This document shows positions 63,595 through 64,000 of a stretch of 64,000 bases of DNA, in pieces. A program made the translations under genes and the position numbers. The DNA comes from a virus. Its lineage: Duplodnaviria > Caudoviricetes. The notes under the pieces are model-generated. The model ran no database searches. It saw only the letters and a list, made by a program, of their open reading frames with translations, and was not told the origin of the DNA. The stretch spans positions 1 through 64,000 of IMG/VR virus record IMGVR_UViG_3300012016_000004; one strand, written 5' to 3'. Every line of letters starts with the position of its first letter. Within the stretch, counting starts at the first letter, position 1.

Positions 63595-64000
63595 CTATCC
63601 CTGCATAAAGAGTGGCATTTCCTTACTCTCGCCGAGCGGCTTCTCATTCTGTTCGGCTGACGGCTGTTCGGCTGCGGCTGCTGCAGGAGCTGCGGTCTCC
63701 TCCTTAGGAGCCTCAGAGCCGTCCCCCTCGATGCCATTGATCTGAATCTTCTGGCGGTTGGCTTTGGCAGCAATCTCCTGCTTGTACTCCGGAGGTGTCT
63801 GATCATCGACATCCTCAATCTCCTCGGTGGTCATCAGGCCCATGGAAATCTCCGGGCAGTACACTCTCTGCCAGAAGGCGGCGGCACGGTAACGGAGCAT
63901 CTGATTTGGCATGGTCTGCCACTTGCTACCGTTCTTGGAGTACCATCCTTCCTTCTTGGCCATGTCAATGGAGACCCAATCGCCGAACAGCGGTTCCTTG
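63595..64000 (-). CDS. RecT-like single-strand annealing protein (5' part beyond window)
   Basis: Frame open to the window edge; MAKKEGW..KNGSKWQTMPNQMLRYRAAAFWQRVYCPEISMG. Confidence 0.75.
   Translation of the reverse strand, partial: KEPLFGDWVSIDMAKKEGWYSKNGSKWQTMPNQMLRYRAAAFWQRVYCPEISMGLMTTEEIEDVDDQTPPEYKQEIAAKANRQKIQINGIEGDGSEAPKEETAAPAAAAAEQPSAEQNEKPLGESKEMPLFMQG

Larger units (their letters stand above)
1..64000 (-). mobile_element. Bacteroidota tailed phage/prophage genome segment (siphovirus-like)
   Basis: Terminase, portal, capsid, tail tube, tape measure and replication genes are co-oriented on the minus strand; TAnnTTTG promoter boxes; no host housekeeping genes. Confidence 0.95.

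Noticed and set aside
1-64000. CRISPR array, reverse transcriptase, integrase, stop-codon reassignment
   Set aside because: No regularly spaced repeat-spacer array (the dispersed repeats are promoters); no RT or integrase motifs in the ORF track; long genes are intact in the standard code and TAG, TGA and TAA all act as stops.

Overview
The whole window is a segment of a large tailed (siphovirus-like) phage or prophage of a Bacteroidota host. Promoters have the Bacteroidota TAnnTTTG -7 box, and nearly all genes are on the minus strand. From right to left: recombination/replication genes (RecT-like, MBL nuclease, DUF4373-like initiator), nucleotide/RNA genes (DNA MTase, RtcB, dUTPase, RusA), many small early genes behind a repeated promoter cassette, a candidate DNA-hypermodification operon interleaved with the terminase genes, portal, a MuF head protein with a GNAT-like tail, a ~8.6 kb accessory island inside the head module, scaffold/capsid/neck/tail genes, tape measure, a 2515-aa tail protein and a C-type-lectin-like tail adhesin running off the left edge. 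Best leads: (1) an atypical tRNA-Gly sits 21 nt upstream of an amidoligase/Mom-like GNAT fusion in one operon with ParB, ATP-grasp, TerS, an opine dehydrogenase and TerL, suggesting a tRNA-dependent multi-step DNA hypermodification pathway; (2) a DGR-type variable region in the tail adhesin has an 18/19-nt match 49 kb away in a small early gene, suggesting a second remote DGR target; (3) a tRNA-like RNA with an elongated anticodon arm in the tail operon; (4) a MuF-GNAT toxin candidate facing the only supported plus-strand gene. All family assignments are by-eye motif recognition, not database searches. No reverse transcriptase, integrase, lysis genes or CRISPR array were seen in the window.
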